Shown in pieces: positions 12,836 through 24,635 of a stretch of DNA of 64,000 bases. Positions within the stretch are counted from its first letter, which is position 1, and each line of letters starts with the position of its first letter. This DNA comes from Stegostoma tigrinum (taxonomy: Eukaryota): the NCBI RefSeq assembly GCF_030684315.1, contig NC_081375.1, positions 11,170,252 to 11,234,251 on the forward strand, in the 5' to 3' direction. Below the pieces are notes generated by a model. That model saw nothing but the letters and a program-made list of their open reading frames with translations. It ran no database searches and had not been told where the DNA came from. The translations under genes were made by a program, and so were the position numbers.

Positions 12836-15142
12836 ACGTTTATGGAAAAATCGAGAGTTCTGAGGAAGACTCTCTTGACCTGAAACGTTAACCCCGGTTT
12901 CTCTTCACACATGCTGCCTGACCTGCTGGGCTTTTCCAGCAATTTCTATTTTTGTTACCAATACCGGTGTCAGCTATGAATTTGCTGTTCAAACCTCCTA
13001 CATTCATAGCTGGACAATTTAGGAATATATAAACAGAACTAGAGCAGGATGAGTGTTCAGAAATGCCAATATACGACCAAATGACCAAAACTGGGCTGAA
13101 CAATGGCTTTCTACGTTGTAGCCTCTTTGAAATTCCATGTAGTATATTTTTCTCAACCCAGACATCTCCGCCTCCCTTTAAGGAATAGGGATCGTCACGA
13201 TTGACCAGCTCTTTGCTCTTTCATTTGCTTAAAATCTCTCTATAGTTTTCCTTTGCACTGCAAGGCTGCCACCAACTGAGCTTACAGTTGACGCCGAGGG
13301 ATGCAGCGGTGGAAAAGATGTGAGCCTGTTCAAACGTTGAAGTGCTGCAAATTTTTCCGCAACATCGCTCCCTCCAAAGGTATGGGTTTCAAAGACGCTT
13401 CCAGTTTCGCTTGCTTTACTATTCCAGTCGAATTGCATTTAATCTGAGGGCTGCGAGATGGCGTCTGCTCAAAACTGCAATAAAACTGCCCACGCACAGG
13501 TCACAAGTACTGTCTCTGACAGATAACAGCGAAGCGTGGGGCATCAGGGGCAACGAAACAGCACAAAGAACATTTCATTACCAGTAACCAGAATGTTTTC
13601 AATACCAGCATTCACTATACTGCTTTCACCTCCAGTGAGGAAGGGAACCATTTCCACTCCAGAATTGAAGAAGGGTCTCTGGACGCCAAAATGTTAACTC
13701 TGCCTTCTCCCCACAGAGCTGCAGAGTTTCTTCAGTAATTTTTGTTTTTTTTTAGTGCCGGCACTCTTAATGTTCTATCTTAATGTTATTTCGAATAATA
13801 AATTGACCGTCGGAATACTGTTTTATTTAGAAATCATGAAACGGACGGGGCAAACTGAGATAAAAAGAGTGCCGGAGAAACTCAGCAGCTCTGGCAACAT
13901 CTGCGGAGAAAGAAAACAGTAGTTAACGTTTCCAATCTGAAGGGTCCTGACCCGACATCAACTTCCCTGCTCCTCTGACGCTGCCTGGCCTGCTGTGCGG
14001 TCTCCAGTCTGATATGACCTTTCTGTTTCAGAATCCTCTCTGTTCCATTCATGGTGAACTCCAAACATTTCCTGTCTCCACAGACTTGCTGAGCTTTCGC
14101 AACATTTTCTGTTGTTATTTGGGGTCCCCAGCATCCGTAGTATTTCATTTTGTTTAATGAGCACAGAGAGACAGAATGAAAAAAAAAATGCTGAAAATAC
14201 AAGACTGTCTCAGAAGGTATGGGAATTAGGTGAAGGGATGGAATAGTCCACGCTGAAGTGATCTTCGTGGAAATGTCCCGTGTTAAATACTGATCGTTAT
14301 TTCTGAATGCGCCGTCAATAGTAGCCCAGGCAGTACTACCGCTGCTTCGGAGCGCCACTGTCTGATTAAGGGACGTTTTAGGTGAGACATGTGCTCATCA
14401 CTCTCAGTAAAGTTAATTCTACGAAAGCGGATAAACGACCGACAAGCCTCCGTCTGTTTCAAATCTTGAGGTGACCCAAGCATGTACTACCCGTTTGTTT
14501 TTCTTTTATTGTTTGTACTGTCGATTGGTTCCCTCCAGATGATTTTACTTAAATTCGACTTAAAGGGGGATACCGAGCTATGCCCGATGCCTTTCAAGAA
14601 ATGCAGGAAAACATTTTGCAAACTGAAAAAAATAGAATGAACCTTCTGTAATGTCTCATGATTTCAGCGCAAAATTCACGGGGCCAACGAAAAAATTAAG
14701 TGAACGGTGAGTGCCTGGTTGGCGCACAGATCGCAGGCGGTTCGCGTTGTGCATCAGCAACAAACAGTGAGCTGGATACGTGCAGTCCGCTAACTGCTCC
14801 AGTGCAGGACTCTAATCTGTTGCTCGTTCTAATGTAAGCAAACCGAGTTGACATAAATAAACAAACCCTAAATAATACGCGCACGTGTGTATGCGGGAGA
14901 GAGAGAGACACTTACACCCGGGTGCCCAAATTTCATGATTCATAATGTGAATTTGCACTTTACAGAGGAGGAAAACTCCGATTTCCAATTTTCTTTACCT
15001 TCAGGGATGCAAGATCTTAGCCCCGTCTGGGCGCTTTGCAAAACTGCCTCCCAATAAATACGAAATGGCTGAGCAGGACTGAGAGTTATTACTACAATTC
15101 TTCTTTTCGTAAAACAGAAAACAAAAACAAATCGTCGCTTAC

Positions 15143-15205
15143 CTTGCGCAGGAAAGCCATGCGAGGCCGGTATTGCTGCCCCTGATTGAAGCTTCTGATG
15201 GTCAT
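15143..15205 (-). CDS. RGS9: Regulator of G-protein signalling 9, coding exon 1 (MTIRSFNQGQQYRPRMAFLRK)
   Basis: Near-identical to the human RGS9 N-terminus MTIRHQGQQYRPRMAFLQK as recalled; good Kozak (acaaacATG); phase-0 donor AAG|gtaag at the position expected before IEALVKDMQ; next to a CpG island. Exon 2 not found in 1-15140. Confidence 0.93.
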
Positions 15206-15530
15206 GTTTGTCTCTCTCGGGTCGCAATGTCTCAGGCTTTCAGAACGTACTGTATCCAAGTGATGCTCGGAGCAGGGCCAGTGCGCAGACTCGCCACCGC
15301 CCGGCGCACGCCACCCCACGGCTGCCAGGGTAACGGGCGGCGCGCGCCGGCGGGCCGCCCACGCCCCGCCCAACACCCGGCACATGCGCAGACCCGCTGA
15401 CCCGAGAGAGCGTGACGGGGTGGGGCTGCCGAGAGCTCGGTGGCCTCAAGCAACAACAACCCGCTGCATTTAGGGAGCTGCGACGGTTCGGTGGTCGCGC
15501 CACTGGGCTACAAGTCTGGTGTTCCGGGAT
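15206..15530 (-). promoter_or_regulatory. RGS9 CpG-island promoter and 5' UTR
   Basis: GC/CpG-rich, GC boxes, NRF1-like GCACATGCGCA (15380-15390), X-box-like GCTGCCAGGGTAAC (15321-15334), directly upstream of the RGS9 ATG. Confidence 0.75.
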
Positions 15531-15579
15531 ATGGCAAATGAAATTCGAATTCAATTTTTTAAAAAACTCAGGTTTTTAA

Positions 15580-16810
15580 CCTCATTCTTGAGATTTGGAC
15601 GTCTGTTGCCAACCCCTAGTTGCCCTTTTGATGGTGGTGATGAGCTGCCATCTTGAACCATTGCAGTCATGTGCTGTAGTGGTCTGCACACATTAGGACC
15701 TACAGTGTTAATTAGAAGGGCACTTTAGAATCTTGACCCAGCCACACTGAAGGAATGGCGACATACTTTTCAAATCAGGAAGGTGAATGGCTTGGAGGGG
15801 AACTTGCGATTGATGGTGTTCCCATGCACTTGCTGCCACATTCCTTATATGACAAGCTCAGGGGTTTGGAAGGTGCTGTCAAAGGATCTCTTGTGAATTC
15901 CTGCAATGCATCTTGTAGATGGTACACACTGCTGTCACTGAGCATCAGTGGTGGATGGAGTAGATGTTTGTGGATGTGATGCCAATCAAGCAGGCTGCCT
16001 TGTCTTGGATGGTGACAAGCTGCTTTAGTGTTATTAGAATTGCACTCATCCAGATGAGTGGGGAGTATTCCGACATGCTCCTCATTTGTACGTTGTTGAT
16101 GGTGGGCAGACGTTGAAGAATCATGAGGTGAGTTCTCAGATAACAAGGTATAGAGCTGGATGAACACAACAGGCCAAGCAGCATCATAGGAGCAGGAAAG
16201 CTGTCAGTGCAGGATTCCTAGCCTCTGACCTGCTCTTGTGTCCTCATTGTCCATATGACTAGTCTAATTCGGTTTTTGGTTAATGGTAAACACAGGATGT
16301 GGACAGTGGGGAATTCAGTGATGATGATGGCAAGGGGTGATAGTTTGATTCTCTCTTAGAGATAGTTATTACCTGACATTAATGTGGTATGACTGTTACT
16401 CACCATTTATCATCCCGAGTCTGAATGTTGCCCAGGTTTTGCTGCAGTTGGATATAGACTGCTTCTACTTCGGACCTTATGATTGGAGGAAGGGTCATTG
16501 ACAAAACAGCTGGAGATGAATAGCCCATGGACACAACTCTGAGGAACCCCTGCACAGATGACCTGGAGCTGAGATGACTGATCTCTAACAACCACAACCA
16601 TCACCCTATGTACCAGGTATGACTCCGACCAGCAGAGAGTTTGCCTTTGATTTCCCTTGATTCCAGTTTTGCTGGGGCTCCTTGGTGTTACACTTGGTCA
16701 AATGCAGCCTTGATGTCAAGGTAAGTCACTGATACCTCTTCCGTGAAATTCAGCTCTTTTGTCAATGTTTTGGGCAAGACTGTAATGAGGTCAAGAGCTG
16801 AATGGCCTAA
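15580..16810 (-). mobile_element. Decayed LINE (CR1/L2-group RT) 3' portion; related copy at about 39910-40500
   Basis: Minus strand encodes AGVPQSCVHG...FVND (decayed GVPQGSVLGP RT motif); interrupted by a PLE tail at about 16138-16203. Confidence 0.7.
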
Positions 16811-17574
16811 TGGCAAACATGTTACCAATCTTGAGTGTTGTAAAATAAATCTGCTTCACTAATGTCTTTTAGGGGAGGGAACCTGCTGTCCTTACCTGGT
16901 CTGGCCTACATGTGATTCCAGAGCCATAATAATGTGATTGACTCTTAACTGCCTTCTGAACAACAAATGCTGGCCTAACTAATGATGTGCACATCCCATG
17001 AACACATAAAATGGTTTCTGTGCAGTGGGAGGCCATTCCGCCCATTATATCTGTGTCACTCTAAATGACGGCCTTTCTTAACTGTCCACACCCTTTGCAG
17101 CCCTGCAAATTATTCCTTTACAAATAATGCTTTAACTGAGCTTGCCTTCATTCCAGATTTTAACCACATGGTCTGTGCGAAAATGTTTTTTGTCCCTCAA
17201 ATTGCTTTTACTTTTACTTCTTTTGACAATTATTTTACATTTGTGCTCTCATTCTTGATATTGAGCACCATAAAAATATTTTAACCCTAATTAGTTCATG
17301 TAAATTGCACAAAACGTGCACCTGCTATGAAAATGCCTGAGTGGAAAACAAAGGAGGGAAACCTTCCCAAGTGTATGGACCTACAATGCAGTAAACTAAA
17401 ATGTCCCAAAGATCCTTATCAAATGCAATATTGACACTCAGCAACATGCAGGGGAATTAGGACAATTGATTTTAAGGAGGGTTCAAGGTTAGAAACAAAG
17501 AGGGGTTGTCATAGATATTTTTCAGATGGAGGATTGTAGTGAAGTTCATATTTATGATCTAGATCTTGGTGTAC

Positions 17575-18295
17575 AGGGGACAGTTACAAAGTTTGCAGAT
17601 GACATGAAACATGGGAGAACTGTAAACTGTGAGAAGGATGGTGTGGAACTCCAGAAGGACATTGATATGTTAGTGAATGTCTGGTTAGCTGACTGAGGTT
17701 CAATGCAGAGAAGTGTGAGATGATGCACTTAATAGGAAGAATACTGAAGGACCGTATAAAATGAGGGTAAAATTTGAAAGTTGGTGCAGGAGCAGATACA
17801 CTCAGGTCCATTTGGAAAGATGTGAATGCATTGGAAATAATGTAGAAGCGATTATATGGAAAGGTTTCAGGGATGAGAAACTGAAGTTATGAGAAACAGA
17901 TTGAAGAAGTTGAGACTGTTTTCCTTGGAAAGAAAGCAGCTGAGAAGACAGTTGGTTGAGATTTTAAAAAATCATGAGAAGCTGTTCTCACTCTTAAAAG
18001 GAACAAGAGTGAGGGGGCATAGATGCAAAGTGATACACAAAAGAAGCAAGGATAATATGATGTGAGAAAGAACTTGTTGACGCAGCGAGCATTTAGGATA
18101 CAGAAATGTGGTGGAGGCAGGTGCAATTAAATATTCAATAGGCATTGGATGATTATTTGAATAGAAACAGTGTGCAAAGTAGGTAGAAAATGAAGGAGAT
18201 TGATGCTAGATAATCATGTTTGTTTGAAGAGCTGGTATGGGCACAATCTGTTGAATAGCCTCCTTATGCACCGTAACAACTTTGTGATTCGGTGA
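17575..18295 (+). mobile_element. Decayed CR1 LINE 3' fragment
   Basis: AAGTTTGCAGATGAC (KFADD) and downstream CR1 motifs. Confidence 0.7.
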
Positions 18296-18729
18296 ACACT
18301 ACCTAGAGCGTGTGATCTGAAGAAGAGGTGGTAGTCAACCTGCACAGAATCTAGTAGTCGTCGGGTCGGTTTCCTACCTTGTACTGCCTGTTAATCACAG
18401 CAACCCAAAACCATGCAAGCCACACCCTAATTCACATTAAGTCCCATTCACCCATCAGACTTGTGTTTGCTGACTTATATTAGCTTCTGGTCCAGCAGGG
18501 TTGCAGTTATTAAGTTTGAATCTTTGTGTATAAATCCCATTGACGCACCACCCCTGCCCCCGCGGAACCACCTCCAGCTTCCAAGATCCCTATTGTTCCC
18601 CAATTCTATCCTCTTGTTTGCCTCAATTTTCATCGCTCATATATTGATGGCTATGCCTTCACCTGTAACTGCAATTTCCTTCCTAATACTCTCCATGTCT
18701 CCCTTTTAAGACTCTTCTCCTCTAGAACA

Positions 18730-19075
18730 CTCAGTGGTTAATACTACTGCCTCACAGCGCCAGGGACCCGGATTTGATTCTACCCTCGGGCAACTGTTTG
18801 GATTTTACACATTCTCCCTGTGTCTGTGTGAGTTTCCTCCAGGTGCTCCGGCTTCCTTCTACAGTTCAAAGATGTGCAGGTTAAGTGGATTGGCTATGCT
18901 AAATTGCCCTGTAGTGTCCAGGGATGTGTAGTTTAAGTGGACTAGCCATGGGACATGCAGAGTTACAGGGATCGGGTAGAGGGTGTGTCTGATTATGATG
19001 CTCTTCAGAGGGTCATTGTGGCCTCCATGGGCCAAATGGCCTACTTCCACACTGTAGGGTTCTATAATTCTATGA
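18730..19075 (+). mobile_element. tRNA-derived SINE, HE1/V-SINE-like
   Basis: A/B-box head (CTCAGTGGTTA...GATTC), central TTCTCCCTGTGTCTGTGTG domain, CR1-type 3' tail. Confidence 0.8.
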
Positions 19076-21382
19076 ACACCGCTTAAAACTTGCCAATTGT
19101 TATAGTTAGTGTGAGAGGAACATACAGGTGGTTAGAAAGTTTGATAGAGAAAACAATCCAAATCTACCGTTTATACTTGTGCTGTGTTACAATAGAAAAT
19201 TTGTATGAAAAATCATATCCTATCTTGGGTACAGGTCAGATCAGAGCAGAAAATATTACTCGTGCCAGCCTTTAAAATAGCTATATGTGGATGTCAGCAT
19301 TTCTGTTACATGCCTTTTCTGGGGTTAGCTGTTATATAATTTATTTAAGAATAAGCTACAAGCAGATTCAATCAACTATAATTTATGAATCACAAAGAGG
19401 GAGGCAGTGACGTAGTGTTAATATCACTAGATTAGTATTCTAGAATCCCAGGGTAATATTCTGGGACATGGGTTCAAATCTCACCGTGGCAAACTTGAAT
19501 CAATAAAAATCTGCAATAAAATGTAGGTTAATGATCACCATTGTTGATTGTCATAAAAACCCATCTCGGGCATCCATGTGACTGAAGACCCACATCATGT
19601 GGTTGACTCTGAACTGTCCTCTGGGCGAATGGGAATAGTCAATAAATGCTGGCCTCGCCAGAAATGCTCTCATACCGGGAATGATTCTTTTTATTAAAAA
19701 AAATTGCAACATAGAAAGAGACTATTAGACCGATCAGGGTCATGTTCCACATAAACCACCCCCTCAGTACCACCATTCTTAAAACCCTTATCCCAATATT
19801 TACATTGAAATGTTATTTATCAAGAATCTTTCTTGAGAATCAAACCAATTTAGTTGGAAAATGAAAAATCATAAGGAAATGACAAATGTTGTTACAAAAT
19901 GTAATTGTTTTTAATCCATTGAACAGTTTGTCATAAACAAATGCAGACATCGTATGGGATAGCTATATATAAATCTGACTTTGAGAAAGATATTAGCAGT
20001 AAAAGATTAGAGATTTAAGATTCTCAGACCAAACTGGTAGTAATTGTTCAATTGCTAGAACATAAAGTATGAATTTATTCATCAGTTATAGCCCTTATTA
20101 CCGACTCCACATTTATAGTACTTTGATTTTTCTTTCTTGAAAAGTACAGAAATAATGATAATCATCAATAGAATCAGTTGTGACTAGGCAGAAGGTATGT
20201 CCTTGTCTCCTTTGACTCATCCCTTAATCAGCTGCAGTGATTTTAACATTGGGACCTTTTATAATCCATGTGGGATATGTTCACTCTTGATGGGAATGTA
20301 ACCAGGAAATGACAATTTTCAACAGATGAAACAGAAGAATAATTGTTCCTGAGGGGGTAGTGACTGATGCCAAGCACAACTAATAAATTTCTGAATGTCA
20401 AACTCAATGTATTTGTTCCCATGGGCTTCTTACTGTAATTTTATTCTGAAGGACAAAATGAGCAGAATCAAAAACAATAACCCATAAAATATAGCACAGA
20501 TTTTCTAAGTTATGCCATTGAAACAAGTTAGCCTGCTTCAGACTGTTCAGTAAATCCTTTAAAGTTATGAATGGATCTGCAATGCTCAAATACAATTATG
20601 TATTTAATGAAATGCCTTCAAAATAGTTTGACATTTCCTTCCTCCACCCACAGACAACATCAACAATATTCCTCGTTAATTATCCCCTCATTTTGGAGTC
20701 CAGTTTTTGAAAGAAATGCTCACAGCAAAGCTTAACGTTAATGGAATTTGAACCAACATATCCTGCTTGAAGTTTAATAGTATTCGTTGCATCGCCAATT
20801 CAATTGCATTGACCTTCTGAAAAGAAACAGCAACTGAGTGTGAAAGAAACTGATTGCTGCAACTGCTTTGTTTGAGTTACAGAAAATTAATTATACAAAT
20901 TGTAGTAATGTAAGAAGTGTGAATCAGCGATCAATGCTGGTCAAACTGGAAGAGAAAGTGTATGAAATGAAGGATATATACTTGGAAGCAAGGCGAGAGA
21001 TTACCACTGAGGATGGTCCATGCAAGGACTTGAATTAGGGGTGGGAAAACACATGGTTCTTGGAGAGGACAGCAACATCTTGTGTTTAGTGGTAGAAATG
21101 TCTCGTCACATAGCAGGCTGATAATCAAAAACTTGGCACCTGACACGTAAGGAGAAGCCAAAGAGGTAGGTCTCAAGGAATGTCTTAAATGAGTAGAAAA
21201 AGCTTGAAGAAATTTAAGCAGGGTATTTCAGTGCTCACAGGCTAGGCAGCTGAAGGCATGGTGGACTGATTATAATTAGGAAAGCACAAGAAGCAGAATT
21301 AGAGGAGTACAGAAGACTTGAGAGGCTGGACAAGGTTGCAAAGTTAGTGAGGGGTGAGGCTATGGAACTATTGTGCAGATAG

Positions 21383-21705
21383 AATCGTAGAATCCCTACA
21401 GTGTGGAAACAGGCCCTTTGGCCCATCTAGTCCACACCAACCCTAAGAGCATCCCACCCAGATCCATCCCCCTATAACCGACCTAATCTACACATCCCTG
21501 AACACTCCAGGCAATTTAGCATGGCCAATCCATTTAGCCTGTACATCTTTGGATTGTGAGAGAAAACTAGAGCACCCGGAGGAAACACATGCAGACAAGG
21601 GGAGAATGTACAAACTCTGCACACACAGTCACCTGAGAGTGGAATCAAACCCAGGTCCCTGGCACTGTGAGGCAGCAGTGCTAACCACTGAGCCACTGTG
21701 CTAGC
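21383..21705 (-). mobile_element. tRNA-derived SINE, HE1/V-SINE-like
   Basis: Reverse complement begins CACAGTGGCTCAGTGGTTAGCACTGCTGCCTCACAG; full length. Confidence 0.85.
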
Positions 21706-23139
21706 TAATGGGAAGGTGAATCTTTACACAGGAAGGAATGCAGTTTCATTACTGATGTTAAGTTGTAAAATGCTGAACACGTGGCTTCAAGATTTGTAAG
21801 CTGGAGAGAAAGAGATGGAAACAGATGTGGGTCTCTAGGCCCGAAACATCAGCTTTTGTGCTCCTAAGATGCTGCTTGGCCTGATGTGTTCATCCAGCTC
21901 CACACTTTATTATCACAGATGTGTGGCATTGTCATGAAGTTGGAAGAAAGCAGTCCAATCCCCATCAGAATAGATGTCTAGTGAGCTCAGCTTGAAGTTG
22001 AACCGTAGAACAGCTCTACACTTCCTGATTTAGCCTAAAGGTAGTTGCCAAGGGAGTATATGAGAGGGGGAAAGGGCCAAATTTAAAGACTATAGGCAGG
22101 GGCCAAACAGAATGGGTTAAATTTTGATTGCATTAATCTGGAAATTGTGGTTGATGCAGGCAATTGGACAGTGCAGCAATGTTTTTTTAAAATCATTCAC
22201 TAACTGGGGACATTGCTGGCTATGCCGACATTTGTTCCTCATTCCAGGGGATAGTTCAGAGTCAACCACTTTGTTGTGAGATGGAGTTACATGTGATCCA
22301 GACCAGGTAAGGATGTCAGTTTCCTTACCTAAAGGCATTCATGAACGATATGGGTTTTTTCCTGACAATCAACAATGGTTTTATAGTTATCATTAGACTC
22401 TTAATTACAGATTTTTGTAGAAATTCAATTCTACCATCTGCCACGGCAAGATTTGATCCTGGACCCCCACAACATTACCTGGGTCTCTGGGTTAACAGTC
22501 CAGCATTAAAACTGCTAGACCGTCGCCTCCCCCTTTGGACTGTCAAGGGAGTCAGACACTGTGTTGAAGTCAATCCGAGTTTATGATGATATCAATAAAT
22601 TATAATATTACTAGAGGAGATAGGGTTAATGGTAGAATCTATAAAATGCTAGACTTATACCAGATGTGAGTTGAAATAGCAGAACTAATTTTGGGAGGCA
22701 AACAGAATGTTAACAAAAAGCTGCAGTTGTATGGCTTTACTTAATGTAGCCCAGCCCTATATGTGAATGGAGACTCAGTCTAAACAGCCAGCCATAGAGA
22801 GGGACAAAGGTTGATCTGCCCCCTGGAGCAAGCTAAAATAACTATTGAACAACACCATGTAGCAAGCAGTGATGAGCGGAACCTGCCTCTATTTGATGAT
22901 TAGGTTTCCTTGCAGCAGGCAGGTGCTGTGCCTGCTGGTATGGTTGTTGGTTTCTATAACTGATAGGTTGGTACCACTGGGGCTGCAGTGTACAGACAAA
23001 ATAGTGGAAACGTTTTTGATTCAATGTTTTCTGTATGCCCCTTCAAAAGACACTTGTTAAAATTAATAGCTGATCAATGAAATGTGTGATTCAATTTTAG
23101 ATGGTAATCTTTGCCATTTTGCATTACAACATTTTTTCT

Positions 23140-23445
23140 TTAGCATTCCCCAATCCCTCCACACCACCATCCCCCAATCTTTCTCCTAGACCTATCCCCA
23201 TCCCTCGCATCCCTGTCTCTCCAATCCCCATACTTCTCTGCATTCACATCTGATTCCCTAATCCCACCCCATTCACCCCAACTCAACCTAAATCTCCCCC
23301 AAAAATTCCCCCACCTCTCCCTGAAACGTCCCTCAAATCACTCCCACAAAATGCCCACCCTCTCAAATATGCCCCTTACACCACCATATAAATATCCCAC
23401 ACCCCCGCAGAAAAATCCCAACCACATAGCCCTCCCACAAATCAG
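23140..23445. repeat. C-rich low-complexity tract upstream of the ALYREF promoter
   Basis: Many CCC/CCCC runs and almost no G on the plus strand. Confidence 0.7.
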
Positions 23446-23839
23446 AACCGAAATAACAATGAGTGTTGTAAATCAGGAACAAAAGCAAAGTTGCTGGAAA
23501 ATCTGAGCAGGTCTGGCAGCATCCATGAAGGGGGAAAAAACGGAGCTAACGTTTCCCTTCCTCAGAACGTCTTCCCGACATATCAACCTACCACACACAC
23601 ACACCCTATTCCCATCCATGTATTGCTACCCAGCCCTGCTCATTCCCCACATCTCGCCCCCCAACTCCTGTGGGAGTTACCAATGAAGGCTGAGAAACTG
23701 CTCCCCCGAGGAGGTGTAGAGCTGGAGGAACGCAGCAGGCCGAGCAGGATCAGAGGAGCAGGAAGGCAGATGTTTCGGACCTTGTTATCTCAGATTTTAC
23801 CGCGTCTGCAGTTCCTGCTACCCCCGAGGGGGTGTGTCC

Positions 23840-24344
23840 ATGGCTGCGCGTGACGTCAGCACACGTCACCGCCGCGGGGGTTCCGTCTCATGCTCAGTTT
23901 CTCTGAATGGGCAGAGCCCGGCCCCGTTGTTTGTTCCTTCCCGCCTTGCCCGCTGATTGGGCGCATCCTAAGTGGGAGTCGTTGATGACGACTGCTATTG
24001 TGACCGGCCGTGGCGGGCAGCGCGTGCGCAGTGTGTGGACGGGCCGTCGTCACTCCCCATCCCGCCCTCTCTGTCCTTAAAGCCGCCATTAACCGTGTCA
24101 GTGAGGTGCGGCGCCGCGGTCAAAGCTGCGATAGATCGTTATACCAATTTACATTATATATATATAAAAAAACACACTCTTTAATCAAGGTGTTTTTTTG
24201 TTGATGAATCTGGAAAATTAGCTTGTTTTTCGTTTCCCCTGTCGGATACTCGAAAGCCAAGCCCTCCGTCGTGAAGAGGCGGTTTTGTTGTGTGGGGCGG
24301 GAGAAAGGGATTAAAGGGTTTTTTTCCTTTCTCCGAGAGCAAAA
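23840..24344 (+). promoter_or_regulatory. ALYREF CpG-island promoter and 5' UTR
   Basis: Full CRE TGACGTCA (23851-23858), inverted CCAAT (about 23956), NRF1-like GCGCGTGCGCA (24020-24030), YY1-like GCCGCCATT (about 24082), TATA-like run (about 24156-24170). Confidence 0.75.
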
Positions 24345-24635
24345 ATGGGCGACAAACTCGACATGTCCCTGGACGACATCATCAAACTCAACCGGCAGAA
24401 AAGCCCAGGCGGCCGCGGGGGCCGAGGTGCCCGCGGCGGCGGCGGAGGAGGTGGTGGTGGTGGTGGAGGAGGAGGCGGTATGGGCCGGGGAGCCGGCCGA
24501 GGCGGCCTAGCCGGTCGTGGAGCAGCGGGAGGCCGCGGTGGCGGTGGAGCTGGGGCGGGAGCCCTGGCTGTAGGCCTCATGCGCAACAGACAGAGTGCAA
24601 TCCGAGGAAGAAACAGACCGGCTCCGTACAGCAGG
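24345..24635 (+). CDS. ALYREF: ALYREF/THOC4 exon 1 (N-terminal UBM MGDKLDMSLDDIIKLNR and RGG region)
   Basis: Conserved REF-N motif, RGG-rich stretch, ends RNRPAPYSR|gtagg; 291 nt, phase 0. Confidence 0.97.

Noticed and set aside
13229-13438. Minus-strand ORF as RGS9 exon 2
   Set aside because: Does not resemble IEALVKDMQ...HAMTG and lacks suitable splice sites.
24204-24221. Five-codon uORF upstream of ALYREF
   Set aside because: Transcription start is unknown and the context is weak, so it cannot be supported.
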